Assembly: GCF_041956535.1 (NCBI RefSeq)
Contig: NW_027192229.1
Span: 42,848-106,847, forward strand
DNA from: Calcarisporiella thermophila CBS 279.70
Taxonomy: Eukaryota; Fungi; Calcarisporiellomycota
Reading direction: 5' to 3'
DNA: 64,000 nucleotides
In this document: positions 35,358 through 47,346 of the stretch, piece by piece
Numbering within the stretch: the first letter of the stretch is position 1
Layout: each line of letters begins with the position of its first letter
Notes under the pieces: model-generated
What the model was told of the DNA's origin: nothing
Databases searched by the model: none
Seen by the model: only the letters and a program-made list of their open reading frames with translations
Made by a program: the position numbers and the translations under genes

Positions 35358-38300
35358 ATGAAAAAAGATGCCAGGTACGAGTCGCCCGAGGAATCTTGCA
35401 CCCTTGTTCCAAAAAAACGACCATGGCTCGATTTAGTGCTTAATCCATGCGAGTCGACTTTATCCAAATCTACAACAACTAAATTAGAGAGCAATGATAA
35501 ATCCCAGGGAGCGAAATCTCGTGAAGGGATGTCTATGGATGAGCAAATAAGCACTGTTGTGGAAATTTTGGCAGGGATATTGCGACTGACCAAAGAAGAT
35601 GTTGAATACCGACTCCCTCAACTAGAAATGAGTATGCATCTATTTAATCTAGTGTGCCGCCGCATTTAATTTTAACTACTATTTTTACAGATGATGTGCG
35701 CAATAATCCCTCTCCTATTCTTGCTGAAATCAATTCACTGCTCGATGGCTCAGATGCAAAATTAATTTCCTCCCTACATCATCTACGCCAATGTCTGGCT
35801 GAGACTACCTCCCCCTCTTATAGCGCATATGCCCGAGCCATCAATTTCTATGCGCTAATGACCGCTTTTATCACAGTATGTCAATGCTTTTTTGAGGTCT
35901 TGGTCTGGGAGCTGTCAGCAAGCTCAGAGAACGATACCGCATTTATCATGGGTGATCGAAATCATGTATTAAGGAAATTCTTGACCGCATTTCATAACGA
36001 AGACAACTTCCTTGCAGAGACCGGTAGGCAAGGTGGCATGGATGCATTTTTGTGGCACTATCACCTTGTCACCTGCCCCAACAGCCCACGTCAAAAACTG
36101 TCGGGCGGTTCAAATATGACGGATCGTCTAATTGCAGATTTGCAAGCAAAATCTATTCGTTTTGTGTCCCTAGATGCTATAGAATCCATTTACTCGACGT
36201 TTTACACCCAATATTTCCTAAATGCCGTCGCGACCCAACATCAAAAGGATCATGGCCAATTCTACACTCCACGCGGTGTGATCAGGTTTATGTGGGATCG
36301 ATGTCTGCATGATCGAGACGAGTCGACCTTACTGCAAAGAATCCTTGATGTTAAGGATTCTAATGATGGCAATAAGATGGAAGTAGACGGGTTTATCCCG
36401 CGGGTGCTAGATCCCTGTATGGGCACTGGAGGATTTCTTGCCGAATACATCAACCGTCTAACCACCGCTGCATCGCACCACCCCAAAATATGGAACTCTC
36501 CAACACATATTCAGACACTTATACGCGCTATCTGTGCGAATCTTTGGGGCATTGAAATAGACTCTTTTGCACTCCACTTCTGTCGCATAAATATAATGGC
36601 TCACCTTTTGCCGCTGTATTGGCGTAGTATACGACTCTCGGGATCTTGGCCCGATATTTATCAGTTGCCGCGTTTAAAATTGTTTTGTAACGACACAATG
36701 CGGTTGCATGTGGGGGAAGACGATGACAGGTGGGAAGCTCATGAGATGCATACCCTTAGGGAGATAATTCAATTCGACTTCGTGGTAACAAACCCGCCCT
36801 ACATGATCCGGAAAACAGGGTATTTAGCAGCACCGGACAACAAGCTCTATGATGAGCGTGTATTAGGAGCACGGGGTACTCAAGCATATCTGTACTTTTT
36901 ATGGTTTGCACTGCAACGATTAGTGCCTGAGACGGGTGTCGTGTGTCTTATCACAGGTAAACTTATTACACCGCGAAATAACATAGGTTGGAATGGTTCA
37001 ATAACTCGCTTTGTTCTATTTAGCGAGCCAATGGTTGGGGCTGGAGTTTGCCGATAAGCTGAGGTATTTGGATGAAGATGCTCGGCTTTATATCGGCAAT
37101 TTCTCACATCTTGAACCTTTTTTAGGCTATGGCTTTGGAACAACTGTTACCTTGAAGAATTCTATCAGTTCGAACCCTATCGAGTTTGGCGTAAAGTCCA
37201 AACCGATTCATTAATATTCAGAATACGCCGACGAGCAACCCCCCTCAATGTCCCAAGCTCTCCCATCCCCTATCCTGCTGCTCCGACGAACGGCAAAGAA
37301 AACGGAACACATGAATCACCTCGCGACATAATATTTCTTCGCCATGTCAATAAGCGCTCTACACTTGAAGAGACGCTTGACGCTTACGCTCGATTTGACC
37401 CACGGTGCCCATCCGCATCCAATGTAGACTTTCGAATCACGCCTGCTACAAACTTTGCCCCCCCCACCTCCAATGCTTCTTTCACATTCTTAATGCCCAC
37501 AACCGCAGTAAGCGAGGAGCTTGCAACACTTGTGAGCCATCTGCCAGGTTTGTGTGACCCCAATGGTAAAGTAAGTGGGTGGAGTGACGAGCGCCCGTTA
37601 GAATGGCATCGCGGACCTAATACCAACCCCGTTTATGCGCTTGTTGTGAGAACAGCATGGGCTAAAGAAACCTTTGGAGAAGAATGCTGTAAACGGTGGA
37701 TGAGACGTGTATTTTACTGGAATGGAAAAAACTCCGGAGTTGGAGAGGAGCCCTCCTCTCCTGCCGGGGGAAGTGGAAATGGAAATGGAACTAAAGCGGT
37801 AGTAATAAGCAATCCAGCCGTGGGAAGCGGGAAAAAAGAGGCCAAATTCTGGTATTGTAGAGATTCGCTCCGCCTCACAAAAAAAGAATCCTCTCCTGCT
37901 GAGAGCTATTTGCCTTTTATTGATCCGGTCCGTGGAGATTACTCACTTATTCTGGTGGATAAGGAGGGAGCGACTAGATTGAAGCAAGAGGTGGGAGAAG
38001 AGGGGCCGCTCTGGAAATATTTGCGTGAAGCCAGAGAGCAGCTACAGAGTGGCATGCGAGATAAGGAAGTGGCGTGGTGCCAATTCAACAATTGCGGGTA
38101 AATCCAAAAACGAATAAGAGAAATAGAGCATTGAAATCATCTTTTTTTGGATACTATATAGAAGCGATATACCTGTAAAAATCGTCCATCCCATCAACTA
38201 CGGGTATTTTTCGAAATCACAGGTAGAAAATCAGAAGAACACATTCGCGTGACGGATGCTAATCATTGCTCTGTGTGTCTAGCCAAGACAACGCTTTTTC

Positions 38301-39113
38301 CTTGATGTAGATAGCGTTTGTGTCACAAATCAGTGTATCTATTTCACCGTCAAGCCTGGGCATCCGCCTGCCTCCTTCTTTCTAGCGCTACTCAACTCAA
38401 CCTCGGTGCAATATTTTCTTACCGTGCACTGTCGGTATGATCAACAAGGACGTCTGCGATTATTTCGAGAATCAATGGCGCGTGTTCCATACGCGAAACC
38501 AAGAGGACAATTATGCATTGAAAGCATGGTCGATTTGGCAATTGGAGCCCGAGAAGTTAGGCACCTGCTGTTTTGGATAGCAACCGGCGGAAGCGGAGAT
38601 AGCGAGGGTGTCGGAAAAGGATTTCCAGTGGCAGAGAAGATAAGAAGGGGAATTTGGGAAATTTCAAAGAGTGAAAAAACCTGTCTCCTGGATTGGTGGT
38701 CCAAGAGGATCGAGTCAGCCAGGAGAGAAAAGGAGCCGAATGGTAACAGCAAGAATTCGGGGGCTAGAGGGTCTGGGAATGAGTCAGTTATACATCACGT
38801 CGAAACCTTGCTCTGGATCGGCGCCATCCTCCAGTATGCGGTTGACCAACACGCATATGCTCTCTATCATATTAACCCTGGGATACAAGTTGCCCTTGAA
38901 CAAGAACTTGGTTTGGAAGTATCAGAAAAAATCATTGAGCAGTATCCGCGATTCACTCCGCCCTCCCATACACAAGGCGAGACAAATGTAATCGAAGAGA
39001 CCAGAGTTCCCTCCTGGGGAGCAGAATTGATAAAAGAGATGCATAATGTATTGAAAGAGGCCACTCGCTTTTTTGCACGCTGTGGGTTTGAAGCCAACCT
39101 TCGCCACTCTTAG
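35358..39113 (+). CDS. Restriction-modification-type (gamma-class, M.TaqI/Eco57I-like) N6-adenine DNA methyltransferase with C-terminal TRD, 6 exons, ~1147 aa (start uncertain)
   Basis: Exons 35358-35631, 35691-36956, 37024-37063, 37126-38097, 38162-38222 and 38283-39113 are all GT-AG bounded and total 3444 nt in frame. Motifs in order: GQFYTP (X), VLDPCMGTGGFL (I), WGIEID (II), FDFVVTNPPY (IV), YLYFL (V), GVVCLIT (VI). TaqI_C-like segment FLALLNS..VQYF...GRLRLF..SMARVP. Confidence 0.88.
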
Positions 39114-39674
39114 CCATACTTTCTCTACCTCAGTCAACCTCCGCCGCAATGTATATGCCCTCACGCATCAGAATGTGAGTTTTCCATGGAGCTGACCGTA
39201 TATTTGCACTGGAACGAACCTGTAATTTACCCTTACAGCTAATGTTATTAATGTGAGAGTCTATGACTAGATTACGCATAGAGCCTGTTTTAATCGAATA
39301 AGATGAAATAATTTTAACGTGTAAAGTGTGGGAATGACTTAATATCCAAACCATGAGTTTCGAAATACGATAGCAAATACAGAGCCTATCTCAATTGAAG
39401 AGCGCGATCTCCATTATCCAAGGATATGCGACCGAACCATGTGTTGTTTTATGCACCGCTGTGTATGTAAATGCTCTAGGGGTATTTGGCTATCCTCGAA
39501 ATAACTGAGGGTTGAATACTTGGGGGATGTAGGGCTTCCTAACCGAATGGATGGAATTTTTTAGCTAAATTAAGTTGCATTAACTATTTGGACTTTGATT
39601 TGCCCGCTCTTAAGCCTCGCCGTAATATTTTATGTCTAATAATCACATCCGCGATTGAATCCCTCCATCTCAAA

Positions 39675-42346
39675 ATGAGTTCCACGGCTCATCGCATCCC
39701 AGCTCCTAAAAATGTACGTCCCCAAACAAATCGTACTGCATCGACTCGTAGCACGACTGATCCAGCCGTGAAGGTAGCTTCGCCTGGTTCCGACAAATAT
39801 ACTTCCGCTAGGCAGCCAAAGACCATTGTTGCAGGATCACGAATTCCAACACCATCTATGCCCAGCAAACCACAGGTAGCATCCACCCAAACTCCATCGA
39901 AGACTGCAAGTCGTCTCACTCCCCCCGTGCCCTCACCGGACATGAGGGAACATAAACCTCCCCCCAGGATTCCACATCCCGCCACCACCTCAAAACCAGT
40001 TTCCAGCTCGACATCAGGCGGCATGAATCGCCTAACCCCTACAGCTTCTGTCACCCCTCGTACACCCGCGCCGAAAACACCCACCCGCACCCCCACCCGC
40101 ACCCCCACACGATCACCTCGCACCCCGCTCACATCTTCCTCTACTCCAAAGGCAAAGGCCTCCCCATCAGTAAGAGAGGCAATCGCGCAGGCGCGATTAC
40201 GAATGTCCAAAAAAGCAATGGAAAATAACAGCACTGACGACGACGACGCCAAGATGAGCTTAGAAATGGAAATAAAGAGAGCCAAGGCTACCGGTAGGAA
40301 ACCAGTTTCGTTGCTACATATTATCTAATATTAACTCTATTGTCTACCTATATTTCATATGTCTCCATGAAGGCCGCATCAACCTTTCAAATCGCGGATT
40401 GACGGAAGTTCCAAAAGAGGTGTGGAACATGTACCGCGTTGACCCCAAATCCATAGTGATAGATCTGAGCAGAAGCGCCGCAGATGACCCATACGAGTCT
40501 CCCATTGCGGTCGACCTCACATCTCTTGTCCTTGGAGATAATAATCTAACCTGTATTGACTCGCGTATTGCCGAATTCGCTGCATTGACCAATGTCGACC
40601 TTCGAAACAATGAGCTCACCGAACTCCCACATGACTTTGGGGGGCTCCGTAGATTGAAAATTCTAAATTTGTCAGGGAATAGATTGATGGCCGTCCCGCA
40701 AGTCATCTTTCAACTTGCAGAGCTGGTGGAATTAAATTTGGCAAAAAACCAGCTGAGCGGTAGGCTGGCGCCCGAGATAGGTAGACTTGCGAATCTGAGA
40801 ATGCTGGATGTATCGGATAACATGCTTGATATGTTACCTGCAAAGGAGCTTGAGTGTTTGGTGGAATTGAGAATACTGAACATCTCAAAAAATCGACTGC
40901 CTTTTCTACCTGCGCATGCGCTGTTGAAGATGGTGAGACTGGAAGAATTGGAGGCAGGCGAAAATGCTCTTACAACGGCCTTCGCCGGTCTGAGAGATAT
41001 CCTTAGTGGTGGTGAGGACGGGGAAAGCACAAACAGCTCCGACGCACGGTACCATTCGGCTTTTGTGATGCCTGCGTTGACCCGCCTCAATTTGCGCAAA
41101 AATGCTCTAGTTTGCTTCGATGACCATCCCACCGAACACATCCGAATGCCCAGCCTTCGTGAGCTATTTCTCACACACAACCACCTCGCTGACTTGGGCA
41201 AGCTTTTCCTCCACGCACCACTACTTCAAGTTTTGGATATAGGTTACAATAAGTTCACAGAGGTACCCGCCCATCTCACTCAATGCACAAAGCTGCAGCG
41301 CCTAGACTTAAGCTACAACACAATATCTGAACTACCAACAGAATTTGGCCGCTTGGAGGGGTTAAAAGTGCTAGCAGTTGACGGAAATATTATTCGTGGT
41401 GCCCCCCGTACCGGGAAAACTGAGGACATATTGAAGTGGCTGCAGAAACGTCTGACACTCTCTCAACCGCACTCCGAGGTACACAATGAGCGAGAAGACG
41501 CGCCGCCAAGAACAGACAAAGCTTCCGTGCAGACCAAGGATCGGGCTACTCCCACTTCGGATTCAGCGCCAACAAGGACCGACGCAGAATCATCCTCGGA
41601 AATCTGGAGTACTCAGCCCCATACCGCTCTACAGACTAGAATTCTCCATCTCGAGAAAAGGGGGCTTACCGACTTGACCCCCCAAGATTTGGCCGGCCCC
41701 ACGTTTTCACCTCACACAATCGAGCTTAGCCATAACAAACTAGCATCCATTCCGCATGCACTAGCTGGAGACGCGTTTGCTAACTTAAAATCACTGAGCC
41801 TCCATCACAACCGGCTGGAAACGTTCAAAGTTTTAATGGTTGGTGTGCAATTTACACATTTAGAGGCTCTTGACCTTTCGCACAACCTAGTTAGTATATA
41901 ACCTGTGTTGACAATGTGGACGTTCACTAAAGCTCCTTACTTCTTGTTTTTCTGCTAAGATCACAGATATCTTTACCCCGTCGGAGGAAGATCGGGGTGA
42001 CAAGTCAAGTTTCCCCGCCCTTCACCAACTCGTTCTCGCCTTCAACCGCCTAACCAGCCTTCCCCCCTCCCTCACGCATTATTTTCCTCGCCTGCACTCC
42101 CTGGTAGTTTCAAACAATCTCATTGAACGAATCGAACCCTCCTCCTTTACAGGCCTGCAGCTTTTAGATTTGTCAAACAACAGCATTGGGCATCTCCCGC
42201 CCGAACTGGGGCTTGTGACTAGCATCAAAACTATGATGGTGGAGGGGAACATGTTTAGGGTCCCGAGGCGGCAGGTGTGGGAAAGAGGCACCGATACTTT
42301 GATGGAATGGCTGAGGAATCAAATGCCGCTTGAAGATGGAGCCTAG
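39675..42346 (+). CDS. Leucine-rich repeat protein (LRRC40-like) with Pro/Thr-rich N-terminus, 3 exons
   Basis: Many LxxLxLxxNxL repeats in two blocks, each closed by GN...P...T..(I/L)(L/M)xWL. Introns at about 40294-40371 and 41890-41959. Confidence 0.85.
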
Positions 42347-42612
42347 CGCATCACACACCTATTAATATTGTAGTATCCCCCGCTTTATATGCTGCTGCAT
42401 TGTGCTTTTCTTTTTATACACTAATAAGTTTATCTAAACTGGTCGTACACTTGTTTGGAACCATGGTTGCAATGTTGAAATTTCATTAAAATAAAATGAA
42501 AAATTAAAAAAAAAAAAGAAAAAGACAAATAATCTGTAACAACGTTTTATAAAGAGAAAAGTATAACAAGGGGAAATATCATACATCTTTATCGTCCTCC
42601 TCATCGGTGCTC

Positions 42613-44299
42613 CTAATCTTCCTCTTCTTCATCCTCGTCCTCATCCTCCTCTTCGTCCGCGGAGTCCTCCTGTGTCCGGGAGAAGTACCGAGCAAAATCG
42701 TATGCGTCATCTTCATCGCTCTCCATATCATCCACTGTGGTTTCTGCCTGTTTCTGTTTCTTGTTTCGAGGCTTTGATTTTGAGCTGGAAGAAGCGGTCT
42801 GAATTGGGACAGCGTCTGGGATCTCCTCGTCCTCATCCTCGTCCTCCTCTTGGAGCTCATCCTCCTCCATCGCATCGTCTTCGCTTTCCTGCTCTCTATC
42901 CTTGGGATCACGGAGCTCAAAGTCGAATTCTTTAGCGCTCTACGTATTCGAAGGTAGAAATATCAATTGATCATTTCACCTAAAATCAAAGTGGGACCCA
43001 CTTACCATAGCCAAACACTCGCCGAACTCTTTCTTCCCTAAAAGATTTGATAACACCTCCTCTTCAGCTTGTCTTATTTCGTCCGAGACTTTCTCGGATT
43101 TTTTCCCGGGCTTGGGGGGTGTTGTGTAATACTTCACACTCTTGCTCCATTCTTTTAATATGCTCCGTGCTGCGATTTGGATATCTTGCGAGGGTTGGAG
43201 GTGGGCCAAAAGTTCGGGGGTTGAGGAGAAAGTGGGGGCGTTGAAAGCCAGTTGGAGAGCTTCTTTGCTGCAGCGAGAGAAGAGGGAATCGACTATGATG
43301 GAGAGGAAAGAATGGTTAATCAAACATGCGAGCTGCTAATATAGTGCCCAAGAGTAAAGAGATTTACCCAGTGAAACCGCGTCCTCCACATGCTTGACTT
43401 GTCCCCCCCTCAAAATCTCTGCTTCTCCTATGGCACGCACGCTGACCCCCCGTCCTTCGACGACTTCCATTCCCACAGCTTCCAATTCACGCACCACTGC
43501 GGATTTTCCAACATGAACAAGCCCCACCACCCCGACGCACCTCGACCCTCGCAAAGCTACCGCAGTGGTCTCTACTAGGTGGGTTGGATAAAGGGTGCGA
43601 AGATAATTCAGCCAAGACTTGACCACTTCCCGAGGAACAAACTCGATTTTGTTAAGGGCGAAAACGAGCTTCTTTCCCTTCTCAGTCACCAACCGCTCCA
43701 CCGCCTTCACACGGGTGCCGAGTGGATCACGTGCATCCAGCACCTCAACCACCACATCCACCTCCTCCCTCTCCAGTAGCTCTCGCCATTCGATTGTACG
43801 CTTCACCCTGGCTCCTTTTCCAGCTGAAGCCGCGGCTACTGCCTTGTCCAATTTCTTCTGCTTCTTCTTTTGCTTTTTCTTCTCCTGCTGGGCAAATTGA
43901 CGCTGACGCTCCTCACGCAGGAGCTTCTCGTTGGCCGAGTCCCGTTTGGCTGCTTCTATTTGGGCCAAGAGCTGCTCTTTGTAGGGATAATTTGCAGGAA
44001 TTCCAGGATCCTTCTTTTGCTCTGAATTGAAGCAAACAGATGGATTAGTTCATATTATATTCTTTTTACATCATTGACTAAAGGGAATGAATGAAAAGAG
44101 CAGCAACTCACTGTGCTTATGAGGATTCTTTTTGGCTTCTTTGCGTAGCTTGCGATGATGCTCGGCTACTCGCTTTAAGATCTTGTAGCGCTTGGAAGCG
44201 CTCATCCGCTTACTTTTTCCCTCTATTCTCGAGAAAACAAACCATTAGCAGCATTCTCTTTGTGGTTCTACATCGCCAGTGCTTACTTTTTGGTACCAT
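42613..44299 (-). CDS. Nug1/Grn1/nucleostemin-like circularly permuted GTPase with degenerate G motifs, multi-exon
   Basis: Spliced N-terminus MVPKKGKSKRMS..KRYKI.KRVAEHHRKLRKEAKK...KDPGIPANYPYKEQLL (GN3L/Grn1 domain). EVLDARDPLGTR, LNKIE, GLVHVGKS, YYTTPP and an acidic tail ending YDF.RYF. Confidence 0.85.
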
Positions 44300-44475
44300 A
44301 GTTCTTACGATTCAGTCTACGATAAAGGGGAAAGAGGAGGTTGAATCAATGACCAAATTAATATTTGGTAGTAAACAAAGATCAAGCAGTCACCGATTCA
44401 GCACAGTCACTTTGCCTCCTCTATTAAGGATTCATGATTGAATAGGAACGGTTAGAGTTAATAGAGCCATTGTGA

Positions 44476-45837
44476 ATGTCCATATCACGAGCGCCTCTCA
44501 ATCTAAGAACCCATTTTCACTATGACAGAACCATTAACTGGTTCCCTGGTCATATGGCACGAGGCCTACGCCAGATCGGGGAACAGCTTCACTCGGTTGA
44601 TCTGCTTGTCGAAGCAAGAGATGCTAGGATATCCTTTTTGCCATAAAATGGGTTGAGAAATGAATTTGGTTTTTTATGGAGATTAGAAATCATTCTAATT
44701 TTCAAACTTTTGGATCCTTAACTCCCCCTGCCCTGTTTACATCCCATTATCAAGCGTCAATCACAATTTTGAAAAGCTCGTCCAAGGGAAGGATCGTCTC
44801 ATAGTATACAATAAGGCAGATCTCGCAGATCCCACTTATGAACCTGTAAATATTGCTTCACCGTTGGGCTTTGTTTCGGCTATACCCATTTATTGGCATT
44901 ATTAACGAAGATTGCGATTTGACCTAACTAGATAGTAAAGCAGGCATTTGCAAAATATCTCGGGCAGAAAGTGCTCTTCACGAACGCAGATGCAAGTGTC
45001 AACGTGCGAAAGATTATCGAGCATGCAGCGAGTGCGTTCTCCATTGAAGCTTATAACAATTTTAGTCGCTTATCTCGCTCAACCGATGTTCTTTTTTTTT
45101 TAACAGATAAGGCGAGAAATGATCCACTTCGATTCCCCTATGTCACCGTCATGGTGGTTGGCCTCCCCAATGTCGGTAAATCCTCGCTCATTAATGCAAT
45201 GCGTCGCCTTGGCGTCGGCCGTGGAAAGGCTGCCCCGACTTCCCCACTTCCGGGATATACACGGTCGGTGACTGGCAGGGTCAAGGTCTTCGAGGATCCA
45301 AGAGTCTACCTGGTGGATACCCCGGGCGTGATGATGCCATACGTGGAAGACCCAATGGTGGGGCTGAAAATGGCTGTGACGGGAGGAATAGGCGAGCGGG
45401 CGACAGACGAGTCACTCCTCGCAGACTATTTGTTGTGGAGGTTGAATCAATTCGAAAACTACAGGTATTAGGGCTAGTTGTGAATGGCTCGTGCAGCTCC
45501 AGCTCATCCCTATCTTGCTCTGTGCCATAGTTATATCGACAAGTTGAATTTACCCATCGATCCAACCGATAATCTTGAGGAGTTTCTTCCTGCTCTTGCC
45601 AAGCGGATTGGTGCCATCCGTCGCGGGGGAGAACTCGATCTTTCGGCGGCGGCGCGGTTTTTCCTCCAACAATATCGAGCGGGCAAATTGGGCCGCCACA
45701 CATTGGATGACATCCATCCGGCTTGGTTCTCAAGTGCGAAAGTGGGCGTAAGTAGGCGACAAGCAAAGAAGCAGGCGAAGCTAGAAGAACGAGCGAAGAA
45801 GAGAAAAGAAACCCCACTCACTGTACATAAACTCTAG
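44476..45837 (+). CDS. MTG1: Mitochondrial ribosome-assembly GTPase (RbgA/Mtg1), 5 exons; the first intron is U12 AT-AC
   Basis: [54 protein letters not shown] and YRAGKLG. Confidence 0.95.
44629..44740 (+). other. U12-type (minor spliceosome) AT-AC intron, 112 nt
   Basis: 5' site ATATCCTTT, branch site TCCTTAAC at 44715-44722, terminal AC. Removal restores the conserved DAR/IPLSS in phase 0. Confidence 0.93.
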
Positions 45838-47346
45838 TGTATATTTAATAAAACATCACGGGGTTTTTTTTTCGCTCTCTTCATTTCCTCTTTAAGGCTC
45901 CTTGGCTAAAGCCCAATACCACACCCGGCTCATGCTCTGGTTTATTTCGCGCTTCAAGTCAATGCGCACCTTAAGCAGAAATCTATGCGCCACCCTTAAA
46001 CTTATACATGGATATCGATGTTTTATTTGGAGTCTTCATTCTTTGGACCGACTTCTCACAACTCCCTTTCACCAAGTTCTTAGATTCCAAAGAGTGCTGA
46101 ATATGAGAAATGACGGTCATCCCGGGCCAAAAATTTAAACACTGGGAGAAGCTGGTAGCATCATTATGTAAGGTCCAGGCTTATTCCAAGAGTTCATTAA
46201 GATCCCAGCCTTAATTTTAAACTAAATCGATGTTTCTTTCAAGGAAGGTTTAGGGCATTGCTTAGGAGAGTTTAAACTAAAAGAATGCCTTGGCCTATCA
46301 ACTGCACATGTTATTTTTCAGTAAGATCGCCTAGCTTCATCTATCTTGCTAGATAACTGATTCGTGTAACATCACTGAAATCACTAGAAAATGAGATGAT
46401 TCCCATATGCGATCATATGGCACATGAATAGAAATGGAAATTCTACAATTGACTTAAAACTTCATATATATCCTCACACAGTTGTCAAAATGTTGGATAT
46501 CAACAGTTGATAATGGAGATATGCAGCCTGCCCTAGGTGCTCTAAAACTCAGGGGCTGCGAAATCAGCAGTTCGAAGCAGTTCGAAAACGAGCTTTGGCC
46601 AGGAGATAACCATTTTCCTGTGAAACCCTTCCTCTCCTCACTCTAAAGCAAGAGTATAAAGCTAAAAGCCTCGGAGGCGCCGTGAAGACTTTCCCAACCG
46701 TCGTGCTTTTTGCCTGCTCTAGCCATAAACATGTTTTATTCTTCTGAATTGTTTCCCCTTCATTCTTTCCCATGCCTTATATGAAATATTTTTAGCCAGG
46801 CATGAGCGTATAAACTGATGGAATCTGACTCGATCTGAGCAGTAATATAATCCTGAGTGGAGAATACGGTTTCAACGCCTCTATGGCTGAAAAACCTCGA
46901 TCTAATATTGTTCAGGGGGTTTGAACATGCTTAACGCTGGCTTGCTAAAGTTTCATCAACCCTAGAATGGGAAAGTGTTGACTCCTGCACAGATTGCTTT
47001 TCTTTGGACCCATCGCTTGACCTGAAGATATCTCGAAACAATCTCTGTGAAAGTTGAGAAAAGCAGGCGCTATGGTGTATGCTTGTTGTAGATGATGGCT
47101 ATTCGTAAATGGAAAATATTATATGAATTATCTTCACGATGCATTTTAGTTTGCTGTAAGCCATGCATCCATCTCAATTACACTTGGAAAATCCCTTCTT
47201 CCTCTCTCCGGGACTAAGATTTAAATTCAAAGTGCGTCTTGAATCAGGTTAGGTTATAGAGTGGCTTGGGGCATTTCAAATTTGTTTGTCCTCGAAAAAG
47301 TTCAAAGGTGCTCCAGCGATCTAAAGCGGTTTCCAAAGGATTCATC

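Noticed and set aside
35358-36250. Possible restriction endonuclease domain in the MTase N-terminus (full type IIG enzyme)
   Set aside because: No convincing PD-(D/E)xK or HNH motif; the region looks low-complexity and then helical. A structure search is needed to exclude it fully.
45990-46020. CCTTAAACTTAT resembling the U12 snRNA 5' end
   Set aside because: It lacks the following GAGTAAGGA branch-pairing sequence and any recognisable snRNA structure.
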